Source of the DNA: Lingula anatina
Taxonomy: Eukaryota > Animalia > Brachiopoda
Assembly (NCBI GenBank): GCA_051362555.1
Contig: CM120648.1
Span: 12,644,587-12,708,586 of the forward strand
Length of the DNA stretch: 64,000 bases
Direction: 5' to 3'
This document shows, one piece after another, positions 24,483 to 37,117 of this stretch (position 1 is its first letter; every line of letters begins with the position of its first letter). Made by a program: the position numbers and the translations under genes. The notes under the pieces were generated by a model, which was not told the origin of the DNA, ran no database searches, and saw only the letters and a program-made list of their open reading frames with translations.

Positions 24483-26031
24483 TTAAGGTCTACCGCGTCC
24501 TTGAGATCGGTATACTGATCCCATGAGAAATGATTTTTTTTCATTTGCTGGCCTCTCAGAATATTGAGAATGAGCGTGGATAATAGAAACCTATGAATGT
24601 GTATATTGATATAGCAAATGTCAGCCATCTTGGATTTTTTCAAAATACTAAGGATTCACACTTGTCACCAAATAGATTTAAATCATAGTGGTGATAAATT
24701 TGAAGAAAACAATGAAATATTTTGATTATGAACATCATATGCCCCGGGCAGTATTTGAAATCCCATGTGCTGGTAATATTGTGTCAAATGGAGGCCATTT
24801 TGAAATGTCTAAAAATGCTCTTACATACCCACTTGTAACCACAATAAATATCCCTGATGGTATCTGAAATCCATGTACTGTATTCTAATGGTAAATTGCT
24901 GCCATCTTGGATTTTTTCAAGAAACCTTCTAAAACATGCTTGTTATCCGACAGATAAATATTAAAGGAGTAATAAGGGAGAGGCAAACACCGAGAAATAA
25001 ACTTAATTTGACAATAGACACTATATCTACCTGAGGGTAGTAAGAACCCATGTCCAATGGTAGATTGCGGCCATCTTGGATTTTCTCTAAATACCTAATC
25101 ATCCATCTAAGGTTACACACTGAAATCCACTTGTTCCCCACCAGATATATACCAAAAGGTTAATTAGGGTTTGGAAAACACTTTCAAAAAGAAACTTTAT
25201 TTGATAATAAACATTATCCTTCAGGTATTTTTATATTTTAAACCCATAAATTTCTATAAAAAACGGCAGCCATCTTGGATTTTCTCAAAGTGCTGAGGAA
25301 AACACAACTTAAATGTTTCATAAATGTGATATAGGGTTATTGAAAATTTAGAAAACACTGATTAACAATCTAAATCGAATTATGGGTACTTTGTCTCCCT
25401 GCTTGTAGTTCATACCCCTGCTGTCCATATATTTCTGTGGCATTGGCGGCCATCTTGTTTTTTTCATATTTCCCATGCTAGGATTCCTTAGGACTTTTAG
25501 TATGTCATTTTGGGGACTTCAAAGGAAAGCATTGTGGTAAAATAAAAACTGTTGCAATTACTTTGAGGTTTGGCCCTAAAATGGCTTAGATTGCCTGGAC
25601 TGATGGGGACTTTACGACATTTGGTTTGAATGTTTTAACCACTTTTGATAGGGCTTTTTTGCATTGTATTAGATTAATGTGGCAGTGTAAGGTTCATCTA
25701 GGTGGCTTTCAAATTTATGCACCCAGTTTTAAAATCATATAGCGATTTTATGACAATTGTTTACTATCCAATCAAGGTGACACACTGACAGCCGAGCATG
25801 CCAGGGCTCATCCTGTCGATGTTCTGGCTGATACTCCGAAATGCGATCTGACACACACCTTGAAAACGGGTAGTGTGGTCCGATATACCGGTTAATTCAG
25901 GATCCTTAGGTGCCAAGTCTGGTAGTTGGGTAGGCCTGACAATAAAAGGCCCCTGTTTTTAAATGTTTTCTGGGATGTTTAAATTATTGTTTTTCTTTTT
26001 ATCAAGAGCTTATAAAATGTGTAGGTTTTAC

Positions 26032-26072
26032 CTCCAATATTTCTGTGACTGTCAGTCACCATCATCAGGGAG
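26032..26072 (-). ncRNA. Minimal hammerhead ribozyme motif, mirror copy
   Basis: Reverse complement of 26260-26300. Confidence 0.65.
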
Positions 26073-26259
26073 TAAATGACTAGGGTCATTTCACCTGGAA
26101 TGAAAATCCAGGTCAATTGCCCCTAATCACTGGCCTTGTGTTGTAACTGTTACACCTTCCCCCCGGGGCTCCTCTGCATCCCTCTGGAGCACCGTGAGAT
26201 AGTGATTAGGGGCAATTGACCTGGATTTTCATTCCAGGTGAAATGACCCTAGTCATTTA

Positions 26260-26300
26260 CTCCCTGATGATGGTGACTGACAGTCACAGAAATATTGGAG
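26260..26300 (+). ncRNA. Minimal type I hammerhead ribozyme motif
   Basis: CTCC-CTGATGA-TG-GTGACT-GAC-AGTCAC-A-GAAA-TA-TT-GGAG: conserved core, stem II hairpin, stem I CTCC/GGAG, palindromic AATATT at stem III. Confidence 0.65.
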
Positions 26301-28415
26301 GTAAAACCTACATATTTTATAAGCTCTTGATAAAAAGAAAAACAATAATTTTAATTGATACATACAGAGCTAATGAAGCTCTTCTCTCAATTTTCTGGGA
26401 TGGTTACATAAAACAATATCTATTTGGGTAGGGTTTGAGGATTTAAAGCAAGTAGGCACAGTGATAATATTTCTTAGATCATAAATATCACAGAACTGTT
26501 GTAGAATTTTACCATTCCAATGCTCATGTTTCATATCACAGTTTAAATCACCAATTATTGCAACATTTTCACAATTTCGTAGGACTAAATCAACAGCTTT
26601 CCCAAGTCTATCTAGAAACGTTTCAGGATTTGTACTAGATGGACTGTGTGTTGAAAGAAAGCACCATTTTCTAGAATCTAGACATTACGTGAACAAAACT
26701 GTACAAAATCTAGAACTGCAAGACGGCACTGTTATTTTTGATCAAAGGGAAATACCTAATGAAGCTAAACTATTTTATGAACGTCTGTATTCCTCAAAAA
26801 AAGAATTTGTAGAAAAAACTGATCTTCGAGTCCTTCTTGACCAATTTAACGTGCCTAAATTAAATGATACCGAAAAAGAACTGTTACAGGGAGAAATCTC
26901 CAAGATAGAACTTCTTACAGTCCTAAAGAAAATGAAGAATAACAAATCTCCGGGTTCCGATGGTTTTACAACTGAGTTTTACAAATTTTTTTGGTCAGAC
27001 TTGAAAGAATTTATGATCAGAATGGTAAATGAAGTATTTCGTAAAGAAAGGTTACCAACTAGCGAGAAACTTGGCATTATTACTTGTATCCCGAAAGGGG
27101 ACAAGAATAGAAAATTTTTACAAAATTGGCGACCTATAACATTATTAAATGTATTTTATAAACTAATATCCGGATATAGCTGAACGAATAAAAACTATAT
27201 TAGACAAACTAATTTCCCCTTCTAAATGTTGGTTTTTAGCTGGCCGCTATATAGGAGAAAACACACGGTTGATATATGACCTAATGCACATCACAGAAAA
27301 AAAAGAAATATTCCAGGCTTGCTTGTTTAAATTGATTTTGAAAAGGCTTTCGATTCGGTTGACTGGGATTTTATAATTAATGTACTGGGGCCGTATTTTC
27401 AAAACTTTGTAACTTACAACAATTTGTAACTATTTACGTGAACTTGTAACTTAGACTTACACGGTATTCTCAAAACTCTTGTAAGTCTCGGACTTACAAA
27501 CTCTTGTAACTTTTCACGTAACTTTCCAGAAGTGACGTTTGGTCCATGAATAACCCACAACGACGTATTCCACTGCCATGCTTTGCATCGATAAAACGAT
27601 TATCTAGACAAAAAGTCTATTGAAATGTATTGAGAATCATTCAGAAAAATGTGCCCCGACATCTTCTTTCAAGTTCTCATCATAAAATCCACTCATATTG
27701 AATGTGCATCCTCCGACATGCAAGCTCAGAAATCGGACTTGGCTCCTCTTGTGGGGTTCCCCCAGCTGGGATTCCCCACGTTTGCCGCTGGCAAAAAGCA
27801 CTGTAATTCATTAAATTTGCAATGAAAACGTTCGAATATATTCCCTAAAGTAAGTAGTTTATAATAAACACTCACCACACTGTTCAAATTTGACACCTGC
27901 GTGGATTTCATGCTGTCTTAGTACACCAAAGTTCCAAAGTCATACAAATAAGTTCACTGAATATATGACATTCAATTTGATATGAAAATGTATTTTAAAA
28001 TTTAATATATAAACATTGTTACTAAGTGTGAGTGTGTATAAATGATTTTTCTTTCCTGTGATATCAATTTTTATCATGAGAAGTGAATGTTATTTTCATG
28101 TTAAGCCACAAATAATATTAATAATAGAAATAAAGTCACATGAATAAGTTAATGGCCCATTTTTTTTCCCCAAAAATGACATTTCCTTTAATACAAATGA
28201 TACATTTGATTCATTAATGGGGGTGATGTAAATGTAGAAATATTTCTTTCTTTATACTTTTGTTGCTACCATGAAGAGTGAGTACATTTTTTTTTCATGT
28301 CAGAAAAAAATGCAAGTTACATTGCACTGGTACAAATGAACATGTACCTACAGGTTGGTTAGTGCAATCAATAAAGAAAAATGAAAATTAAGGAAATTTT
28401 AAATAAATAAAAACC

Positions 28416-28456
<41 letters not shown>

Positions 28457-30864
28457 TTGATCACTCATTACTCAATCACATTTTCAATAATTTCAGGTAT
28501 TTTTTATATTTATAATATCTACTAATTTACACTCACTGAAAACCAAATATTTTCTTTCCTTCTGAATTTTTCACCAAAAGTTGTCATATGAAATGTAAAT
28601 ACTTTGCAAGTGCCCGTGTTCTTGTTTTATTTCACTGCAGCTGAGACTTACAAAATCTTGACAAAGATTTAAGTAGTGTTTGTATATTTATGTGTGTGTG
28701 ACACAGTATACATTAATGACACATGACTCTGTTGCTGTGTACACCCAAAATTATGTCATTTTAGTTGTATTCAATCATTTTTGTCCTTGAAAAGTGCTTG
28801 AATTTGATCTTACATAGTTTTTAACCTGGATGCATGAAGGCAGTAATTCACAGGTAGGGAGATGACCCTTTTTTGGACATCATTTAATTTCTTTTTTTTT
28901 TAATGTTTCATCACCAGTGTGTAAAAATTATTTAAATGATATCTTTCTTGTTTTTTTTTTCCTTTGGTATGTAAACTTGTGACTGTACATTGTTCTCATT
29001 TGCATTCAGAGAATCCTTGAAAAGTTATTGAATTAAAGTGACTGTCTCAAAATTCTTATAAAATCCTTAAATTTGTCCTTAGTGTTCATATATGAATCTT
29101 TACTTTGCACACTTTAATCATAGAAAGTTGTACAAACATCCATGATAACTCATGATAAATGAAATATAAAGTGAAAGGTAGTAATTATCCCTAAACCAAC
29201 TTGTTCTGTGAGTACTGATTACAAGCGATAGCTGAAATATTTTTCAAAGCATAATTATAAGATTTTTTTTTTGTTTACTCAAATTGAATAATTCAGTTAC
29301 CTGAAAATATAATAAAATTCACTGTACAGTACACTGCAATTTTAGTTTTAGCCATAACGATTGTGATAAGAAATGCATATTTTATCTTTATCCAAAAACA
29401 AAACCCAAAATAATTCCTAATAAGCAATATATATGATGGAAAGAGACAATCTTGTTTGTGTGCGCATGTATGTGTGAGTGTGTGCACAGGCATCATAAAA
29501 GAGAAATGTTTCAGCATGCTTTTTTTCAAAATAATAAGCATTTAAACTTAGTTATTATTATTCTTATTGTGATGAAATAAATAAATCATTTTACATTCAT
29601 TATTATTGTAACAAGACTGAAAATTTTTATTTCATGATGAAAATCGAAGGTTAATAATGAATATGTACATGCAGTGATTCCTTTGGTTAAAGATTTAATT
29701 AAGTTGTATTCTGGTTTTATTTTCCCTAGGACTGCAGCAAGTACATGGTACTAAATTAATGCAGGGAATTTATTTTGCAATATGGAATCAATTTACAAAA
29801 TGAAATAGTACCAAGAAAACAGCTACAGTTGTCATTATCAATTTAAAAGTGTAACCTAAGCAAGTGTCATTTTACTCTAAATTGGAATTTTCTTCTGTAA
29901 CTTTTTAATAATTACAGTGTTATGCAAGGTAAGTCATAAGTGGAATACTATCACAAATGCCAATATGTAAAATCTTTTACTAACTCACACATTACTAGTA
30001 GGCCTAAGTCATTTTGGGTATTTAAAATAGTTTTAAGTCATTTGTTTTTTCCATTAATGATGATTACCTCATTATTTGAACTGGATCTCCTTCGTTTAAA
30101 TGGATAAACCGAGCCTTTTAAATTAGTTAAAATACTGCTAAAATATAAAAATCATTCGAAAGTAGATGATAAGTCATTATAATCATCCCTGAATGCTGCC
30201 AATACATTATTATTTACAAAACCTACAAAATAAAGTTAATGAAACTTATACATAGTTTTAAATGCAGTCATCAGCTATTCCTTTGGCAGCCTCTCGATAC
30301 TTTTTGATACATAGTGTGCAGTATATCATTTTAAAGCATTTGAAATGTATTTTTTTGTGATGTAGAATTTTAAAATTAAACAAGACTTACCTGTAAGTTG
30401 AAGTTTGATTATAATTCTATTCACTCATCAGCAGCATAGAGATCAATCGAGATTGCGCATGCGCTCTGGGAACGTCATTATTTAAAGCAGGAAAAACCAT
30501 GTGAAAAGATGTTGTCAGGGTGGGATCTGAGGTGGGCGATTGATCTCTATGCTGCTGATGAGTGAATAGAATTATAATCAAACTTCAACTTACAGGTAAG
30601 TCTTGTTTAATTTTAAAATTCTATTCACTCATCCAGCATTATCGATCAACCGAGATTTCAAAGCTCACATGGTTTGACTTCAACAATAGTAACAACAAAA
30701 AACAACCAAACAGATTCAACTTTTGTTTATTACAAAATCTGAATAAAACTTTTAACTGGTATCAAAATGTAATAAGCGACATATTTTATTCTAACCAGAA
30801 CTTTAACTAGTTTAACTACATCAACCTGAACTTCAAAATACCTAAACTACTTCAACTTTTTTTT

Positions 30865-30903
<39 letters not shown>

Positions 30904-30906
30904 TTT

Positions 30907-32112
30907 TTATTTCACTCTGTCCAAAATTTTGCAACCATAGTTTGGTTCATCAACAGGTTTATCATAAAATCGGCTGAATGTGCATTGTCTGCTCCACCCT
31001 GCAGTTTTCATAATCTGTTCTAGTGGTACATTCATCGATTTCGCTGCTGAAGTTGATGCAGCCCGTGTACTGTGTGCCTTAAACATGTCTGTGTCTATAC
31101 CAGCTTTACTGAGCACACTTCTTATCCAACGACTTAAGGTAGCAGTGCTTATGTTCTTGTGAGGCTTGACATAACTCACAAATAATCTATTACTGTTCCT
31201 AATATTAGAAGTCCTAACAAGATATTCCTCTAATAACGTCACGACACAAACATCTTTGTCCACAGGATATGCTGGTATAAGCAGGTCTGCCATATGCTTG
31301 CCTGGTTTTGACTGTTTAACTAAATCTCTAATATGAAACTTGTAGTGTGTATCTAGTTTTTCCATGTGATCAATGTCCATTAATGTGATAGATTGGCATC
31401 TGTTACCAGTCACCAGAACACACAACATGGCCAGTTTTTCTGTCAACTGTTTTAATGTGAGTTCTGATGGTGTTTTAAGAGATTTAGGGTAATCAAGAAC
31501 CACTCTGACATCCCAAGTTTTTGTGTATCTCGGCAAACTTGGTCTGGATTGAAATACAGATCTTAAAAACCTTTTTATGAGTGGATGAGTTCCAAGAGGT
31601 TCTGTCCAATTTTGAACTCTGACAATAGTTGACAGTGCTGACCGGGCAGTGTTCAATGCTGAGTAACCTATACCTGAATCATAAAGCAATACTAAGAAAT
31701 CTAGAACATCACTGATCATGGGATCTAATTTATCAAGGTTACGTTGTGTGCAAAATTGTTCCCACTTGTTCAAATATATTTTGTATTGAACTTTAGTGCC
31801 AGATCTCCAAGCATTCAATATAATTTCCTGGGCTCGTACTGATACACTTTGTTTTTGTAATCTTTCCCTGACAAGCGAAAGGCCATCATCTGAAGTTTTG
31901 GCCACAGTGGGTGTATCCTGAGAGGATCCGACGGTAGCCTTAATAAGTCTTTCCTCTTGGGTAGAAGGATTGGTTGTTCTACCAGCATTCGACAAATGTG
32001 GGGCCACCAAGGTTGAGTGTTCCAGACTGGTGCTATCACTATTGCCTCCCCCTCGTCTTCTCTCAACTTTCTCAATACTGCACTCATTAAACTGAAAGGA
32101 GGAAAAATCCAC
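30907..32112 (-). CDS. DIRS tyrosine recombinase (apparently intact ORF)
   Basis: YSALNTARSALS, TGNRCQ, FKAHSTRAAST, TAGWS, TFSRFY (R-H-R-W-Y catalytic pattern); overlaps the MT region in another frame. Confidence 0.93.
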   Translation of the reverse strand: MDFSSFQFNECSIEKVERRRGGGNSDSTSLEHSTLVAPHLSNAGRTTNPSTQEERLIKATVGSSQDTPTVAKTSDDGLSLVRERLQKQSVSVRAQEIILNAWRSGTKVQYKIYLNKWEQFCTQRNLDKLDPMISDVLDFLVLLYDSGIGYSALNTARSALSTIVRVQNWTEPLGTHPLIKRFLRSVFQSRPSLPRYTKTWDVRVVLDYPKSLKTPSELTLKQLTEKLAMLCVLVTGNRCQSITLMDIDHMEKLDTHYKFHIRDLVKQSKPGKHMADLLIPAYPVDKDVCVVTLLEEYLVRTSNIRNSNRLFVSYVKPHKNISTATLSRWIRSVLSKAGIDTDMFKAHSTRAASTSAAKSMNVPLEQIMKTAGWSRQCTFSRFYDKPVDEPNYGCKILDRVK

Positions 32113-33761
32113 ATAAAATTATCATTCCAACTAACCGAGAAAGCATTTATTGCTACTGCCCCCGGATCAGCTCTCCATGAAACATACGTATCTAACTGAA
32201 AATTAAGTCTAGAGGCAAACATGTCAATCTTAGGTTTCCCCCACAACATTGTTAACCTCTGAAAAACACAACTATCTAGCATCCATTCAGTTCGATCATC
32301 AAATTTCCTACTTGCTCGATCAGCATCAACATTTATAATTCCAGGTATATGTGTAACAGATAACCAAATGTTTTTCTCCTTACACCATTCCCAGATAAGT
32401 TTTGCTAGATTATTGCAGCAAAGAGAATGGGTACCCCCCATATTCTTTACATAAGCAACGGCTGTGACATTGTCCATTTAAAGAAGCACATGGGAGTTTG
32501 TAATGTTCTGACAGAGGGCCTGTATCCCCAAATATGCAGCTTTGAGTTCAAGGAAATTTATGTGTTCAAAACAATCTGTGCCTGCCCATTTTCCCCCTGT
32601 AGGTTCAAAACCATCACATTTTGCCCCCCAACCTTGCATGGAAGCATCAGTTTGTAAGGTGAACATTGAATTTCCATGAGAAATGGGGTTTTTGTCCTTG
32701 TGCGCATTATCGATCCACCAGTGGAGATCATGTTTGGCTTTGAGTGAAATTGTCATTTTCTTTTCAAAATTGCCTTTACTTTTCTGGAGTGCAAAGATTT
32801 TATCAATTTCCAACTGTCGATAGTATAGCTGTGCAAACTGCACTCCAGGAGAGCAAGAAACTAGAATGCCAACTACTTTGGCCACAGTTCTAATGTTAGT
32901 CTGTTTGAGTGATAACAATCTGTTTGCCCAAAGTTCAATTTTTTGTTTTTTATCCTCATTTATGCTGACTGTCATGTCAGCTGAGTTCAATATAAACCCC
33001 AAATGGTCAAGAACTTTTGTTGGTGTTATGACTGATTTTTTGATATTGATGAAAAAACCCACTTTTGTAAGTAAATTCAAAGTTTCTTGTACATTCTGTA
33101 AACAATGTTCAAAATTGTCCCCTGTGAGGAAAAAATCATCCAAATAATTGCTAGAAACAAAACCCTTAGATCTCAGTTCTGCAAGCACAGGTTTCAATAA
33201 TTTTGTAAACAGAAAAGGAGCAGATGACAATCCATTAGCTAGGCACTGAAACTGATACAAGGTGTTTTCAAATTCAAACTTCATGTATTTTTGTGCATCT
33301 TTACTGACAGGCACTGTATAGTATGCATCTGATAGATCTATAGAAGCCATGTAACAGTTAGGAGTCATAAGTTGTGTGCAAGTATGAATACTGTCCATTT
33401 TGAAATGCCTGTACCTGACGTGTTTGTTCAGAGTTTTCAAATTTAGAATTACCCGGTGACTCCCATCTTTTTTGGGCCTAAGAAAGATGGGTGAAATATA
33501 CTGACCCATTTCTGGTTTACTAATAGAAATTACACCTTTCTCTAATAGTTTTCCCAGTTCAATCCTTATCTGAGCAGATTCAGATTCAGAGAAAAAACAG
33601 GGTGTTACAGTATTTTGTGAAGGGATTTTTTCGAAATCAATGTCACAGCCAGACACTATGTTCAGAATGTTAGAATCAGATGTAATATTTCTCCATTCTT
33701 GTAGAAATTTTTTAATATTGCCAGCCTGAAAAGGCTTCAAGCTCACCTGATCTAGTACCAC
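31815..33761 (-). pseudogene. DIRS RT/RNase H/adenine-methyltransferase-like ORF with one in-frame stop
   Basis: SIDLSDAY, GLSSAP, YLDD, TDASMQGWG, HINFLELKA, DNVTAVAY, HIPG, IDMFASRLN, FPPF. TAA at 32478-32480 separates two same-frame ORFs. Confidence 0.93.
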
Positions 33762-35139
33762 TGATGTTTTTGCTGTTTCTGTGGGTACTGGGGCTTTGGT
33801 TTGTACCTTTGTACCTGCTGCTTTCCCCGGTTGCTCTGATACCCTGCCTTCTTGTGTGGAGACAGGTAGCTTGGCCCTAAAAAAGGGTTACCAGTTCCAT
33901 GTTTGAGCTTGTAGCGAGGGGCAGCCTGTGAATGTAGTCTCTTATAGTTAGGATAATGTCCTTTTCCTAAAATACTGGTGCTTGGTTTTACCACACTGTT
34001 GGTTACTTTGTTAATGTCTTTTAACTCTGTAACTCTTTGAGACAAGTTTGAACCAAAAAGTTGACCCTCAACTGGTGCACTGTCCCCACACAGAGCCTGT
34101 GCGAGTGCAGGATCAATGGTAGGACGAAAAAGAACTCTCCGCCTGAGATCAATTTCATGGGAGGTGTCTCCCAGAATAGCTAATGCCTCTGAAAGTAGAT
34201 CTTTAGTTTCCTCAATAGACGGAGGGTCAGCTTCACCTTCCTCAGCTTTAATAAATTTATCCATGGATTTTGCTAAAATAGTAATACCTTTAAGAAGGGA
34301 TTTCTGGAAATTCTGTAGGATCACATCCCCCGTCCTAGTTTCCCTGTCCGCTTTGTTGAACACACCTTGATTAACAAGTACCACATCTAGGCGCGGGCAG
34401 TTTATTGGTGGCAAAAACAGAACGTTTTTCATAGTGATTTCTTTCTCAGTTTTGTCAATCCCATTCATCAAATAACCGGAAATTTTCTCTGCTAGAGCGC
34501 TGTCTATTTTACCAGACATGACGTTCTTTTTTACAACAAACCTGTCGCAGGTTTTAAGTTTCGTTTCGGCGTTGCTCTGTGACTGGGCGCCGCCATTTTG
34601 GTTGCGTAAAACGTCCCCAATTCCGGTTTTGACTGCGCCGGCTACGTGAGGTCTGTCACACAATTCTATACCCTGAGTATCAGGCTTGTGTTTTTTCCTA
34701 TGGGGTTCTAGATCTGGCAGATCTTCCTGTAATTCCCCATCAGACAATACTTGTAACTCACTGTCATTTCTGCCCCCATCGGAGTCAGAGTCATTATCTT
34801 GTAAATGGTAACATCTTGCCTCATCATACGCGGCCTTCATCTCGGCTACAACAGGCGTCAGTTTTGCCATTGCTGCATTGATATTTTTTAACTGATCTTT
34901 AATCTCTGTCAGTTCAGATTTAGATTTGCTCTTAGCAGCCGAGCTGTTTGACCTTTCGGCCTTCCTTTTGTCCGAACTCGCCTTCTTGTGAGAGAAGTCT
35001 ATTATAGGACTCTCAGTGGCACTTCGTTCATCGAGTTCGATAGAATTTCACCCACCAAGTCGCCTTTCGCGACTACAACAGGTGGATTTAGCGTGCTGTC
35101 TGAAGTTGCACGTGTAGCCATATTGGCCGTTTCAGCCAT
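33752..35139 (-). pseudogene. DIRS gag-like ORF1 with a probable 1-bp frameshift near 35050
   Basis: 372-aa ORF (PINCPRL, LRRRVLFRP, LFG) is open upstream to ~35045. The ATG at 35139 is in another frame. Confidence 0.8.
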
Positions 35140-37117
35140 GGCTCAGATAAAAATATTTGTGTCACGCAGTATAAGAGCGTTCAGTTGACACTTGAGGTGC
35201 GCCTGCCGAGGCACAGTACCACCCCAGTTAGAATGTAAATACGGTATAAATGTCTTCCTGACAAAAAAAATAATAAACCGTCAAAAACTTAGAGCGTCTC
35301 TTCCCACGTGTATGACGTCCTCAAAGATGACCACGCAATGACGTTCCCAGAGCGCATGCGCAATCTCGGTTGATCGATAATGCTGGATGAGTGAATAGAA
35401 TACATATATTTTCTTCACCACATGTATGGAATAGAGGCACAAGAACCTGAGTCAATGAATTGCCGATAAAAATGGCGATTTTTAGACACACCTTCACGAC
35501 AAAATCTCACAGAATTTTTGTAAATAATATAATGACAGCAAACATTATACATCAGTTGAAAGACAACAATATTCCGAACAAAACCTCATCTATAAAACTT
35601 GGTGCTTTGATATAATTTTAATTTATTCACTGACTAAACATGTATCTTCACCCTAAAAAAAGTCGAAGATTCAAAATCTGAAATTCAACCGCGGCTCAAT
35701 TTATTAATCTTGAGTAACAACTGAAGTGCCTTATATAACCAAAAAGCTCATTAACTTGGCTTTCTCACAGCACTAATAGTTCTTCCACTTTCTTTAAAAA
35801 ATACAAGTTTTCGTTTTAATTTAAAAATTCGGACACCCTACCAAACTGCCATGTTGCCATTGCGCGATCGACAGACTAAATCGTTAACTTTAGGCAACTA
35901 ACCTGAAATATCCGAAAGGCTAGCCTTTCTCGCTGATAATAATACATCCATGTTTTAATAATTTTACTTGCTGTCAAAAATATCCGACAATAAACACAAG
36001 CATAAAATTCCCGCAGACAACACTTTCTCCCCGACTTTTCACCAAGTGCGCATGCGTACAACTTTTCGTATCGACTTACAACAGGTCGGAGGCAGTTGTA
36101 AATTTACGTGCATATTTACAAGAGTTTGTAACTTACAAACCTTCGAGAATACCAACTTAGAAGAACGATCAGACTTACGTGAAAAGTTACAAGAATTTGT
36201 AAGTTACAACCTTTCGAGAAAACTGCCCCTGGACTTCTTCAATTTTGGTGACGCAATTAAAAAATGGTTTAGGATATTAAATTTCGGCTGCAGCGCCTCC
36301 ATTAGTCAGTGCGGTCATTTATCCGAATACTTCAGAATCTCAAGAGGATGCCGACAGGGTGACCCCCTCTCCCCGTACATTTTTATTTTATGTGCTGAAA
36401 TACTTTCGTTACTGATCAAGAATAATAGTGATATTACTGGTATAAAGATAGAGAATACAGAATTTAGAATATCACAATATGCTGACGACACTTCCCTCAT
36501 TCTCAACGGCAGTAGACTCTTATTTCTTGCAGCATTTAATACACTTGATTTCTTTTCAAAAATATCAGGTTTGGCAATAAATAAGAGTAGATCTAAGACT
36601 AAACTAATTTGGATTGGTGTAAAAGAGTTTAGCAAGGAGGTATTTCACCATGTACGATGGAAGATGAATTGGGTTTATGACAGTTTTAATTTGTTAGGTA
36701 TTGAATTTACATTGAATTTGCAGGATATGATAAAAATTAATTTTGAACAATACATCGTAAAAATTAAAAGAATGTTGCAACAATGGGAAAGGAGACCTTT
36801 GACGCCCATTGGCAAAATCACTGTACTGAAAACCCTTGTTGTACCCATGTTAAACCACCTATTCATTTCCCCTCCCAATCCAGATGAAACATACATGAAA
36901 ATATTAAACACAATGTTCTTTCAATTTATATGGGTCAAAAAGACGGAAAAAGTGAAAAGGAGTGTAATAACTGGTAATTATGAACAAGGTGGTCTTAAGA
37001 TGTTAAATTTATTTGACTTTATTGCTTCTCTTAAATGTACTTGGATTAGAAGAATTTATCAGACAGACAACATATATGCTGCACTTCTCCAAGCTATTTT
37101 TGATCGGGATGTATTAA

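Larger units (their letters stand above)
19265..25602. mobile_element. Academ-like non-autonomous element (YAGTCC termini, 3-bp TSD) with long degenerate TIRs
   Basis: ATG|TAGTCCAGGCAATCT ... AGATTGCCTGGACTG|ATG. ~150-bp matching ends and recurring CAAGATGGC / GCCATCTTG subrepeats. Confidence 0.7.
19044..25938. mobile_element. Non-autonomous DNA element with ~109-bp TIRs and 5-bp TSD, carrying nested insertions
   Basis: TIRs 19044-19152 and 25829-25938 (CAGGTCTACCCAACTACCAGACT / AGTCTGGTAGTTGGGTAGGCCTG). ACAAT at 19039-19043 and 25939-25943. Removal restores the LINE frame. Confidence 0.88.
25978..26390. mobile_element. Penelope-like element remnant: inverted pseudo-LTR pair plus short tail
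   Basis: 151-bp inverted arms 25981-26131 and 26201-26351, a 39-nt extension, a 12-bp duplication TTTTCTGGGATG (25966-25977, 26391-26402), and a hammerhead motif in each arm. Confidence 0.72.
18300..26645 (-). mobile_element. CR1/L2-group LINE ORF2 fragment in three pieces (18300-19043, 25939-25977, 26391-26645)
   Basis: Joined pieces read AIIGDLNCDM...VPTCFKSSNPTQIDIVLCNHPRKHLKTGAFYCGLSDFHYVVYVVFK...YRSFK...APFMNRE: endonuclease C-terminus and linker. Confidence 0.88.
30363..35401 (-). mobile_element. DIRS1-type tyrosine-recombinase retrotransposon, structurally complete
   Basis: ITRs 35338-35400 and 30415-30478, 3' extension 30363-30414, internal complementary region ~30538-30656, TAGAAT at both ends; gag, RT/RH/MT and YR ORFs. 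Confidence 0.95.
27388..36228. mobile_element. PIF/Harbinger-like non-autonomous element (3-bp CTG TSD) hosting the DIRS element
   Basis: CTG|GGGCCGTATTTTC ... GAGAAAACTGCCC|CTG, with subterminal GTAACTTAC / GTAAGTTAC repeats. Removal restores the Tx1 RT frame. Confidence 0.85.
26667..37117 (+). mobile_element. Tx1/L1-like LINE ORF2 fragment in two pieces (26667-27387, 36232-37117)
   Basis: KSPGSDGFTTEFYKFFW, NWRPITLLNVFYK, IDFEKAFDSVDWDFIINVL|DFFNFG, RGCRQGDPLSPYIF, QYADDT; frameshifts present. Confidence 0.92.

Noticed and set aside
31815-32477. Stand-alone DNA adenine methyltransferase or restriction-modification system
   Set aside because: It is the known MT-like domain following RNase H in DIRS1 elements, separated only by a premature stop.
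35968-36231. N-terminal part of the 387-aa ORF
   Set aside because: Read-through from the Harbinger-like terminal repeat; the Tx1 RT sequence resumes at 36229-36232.
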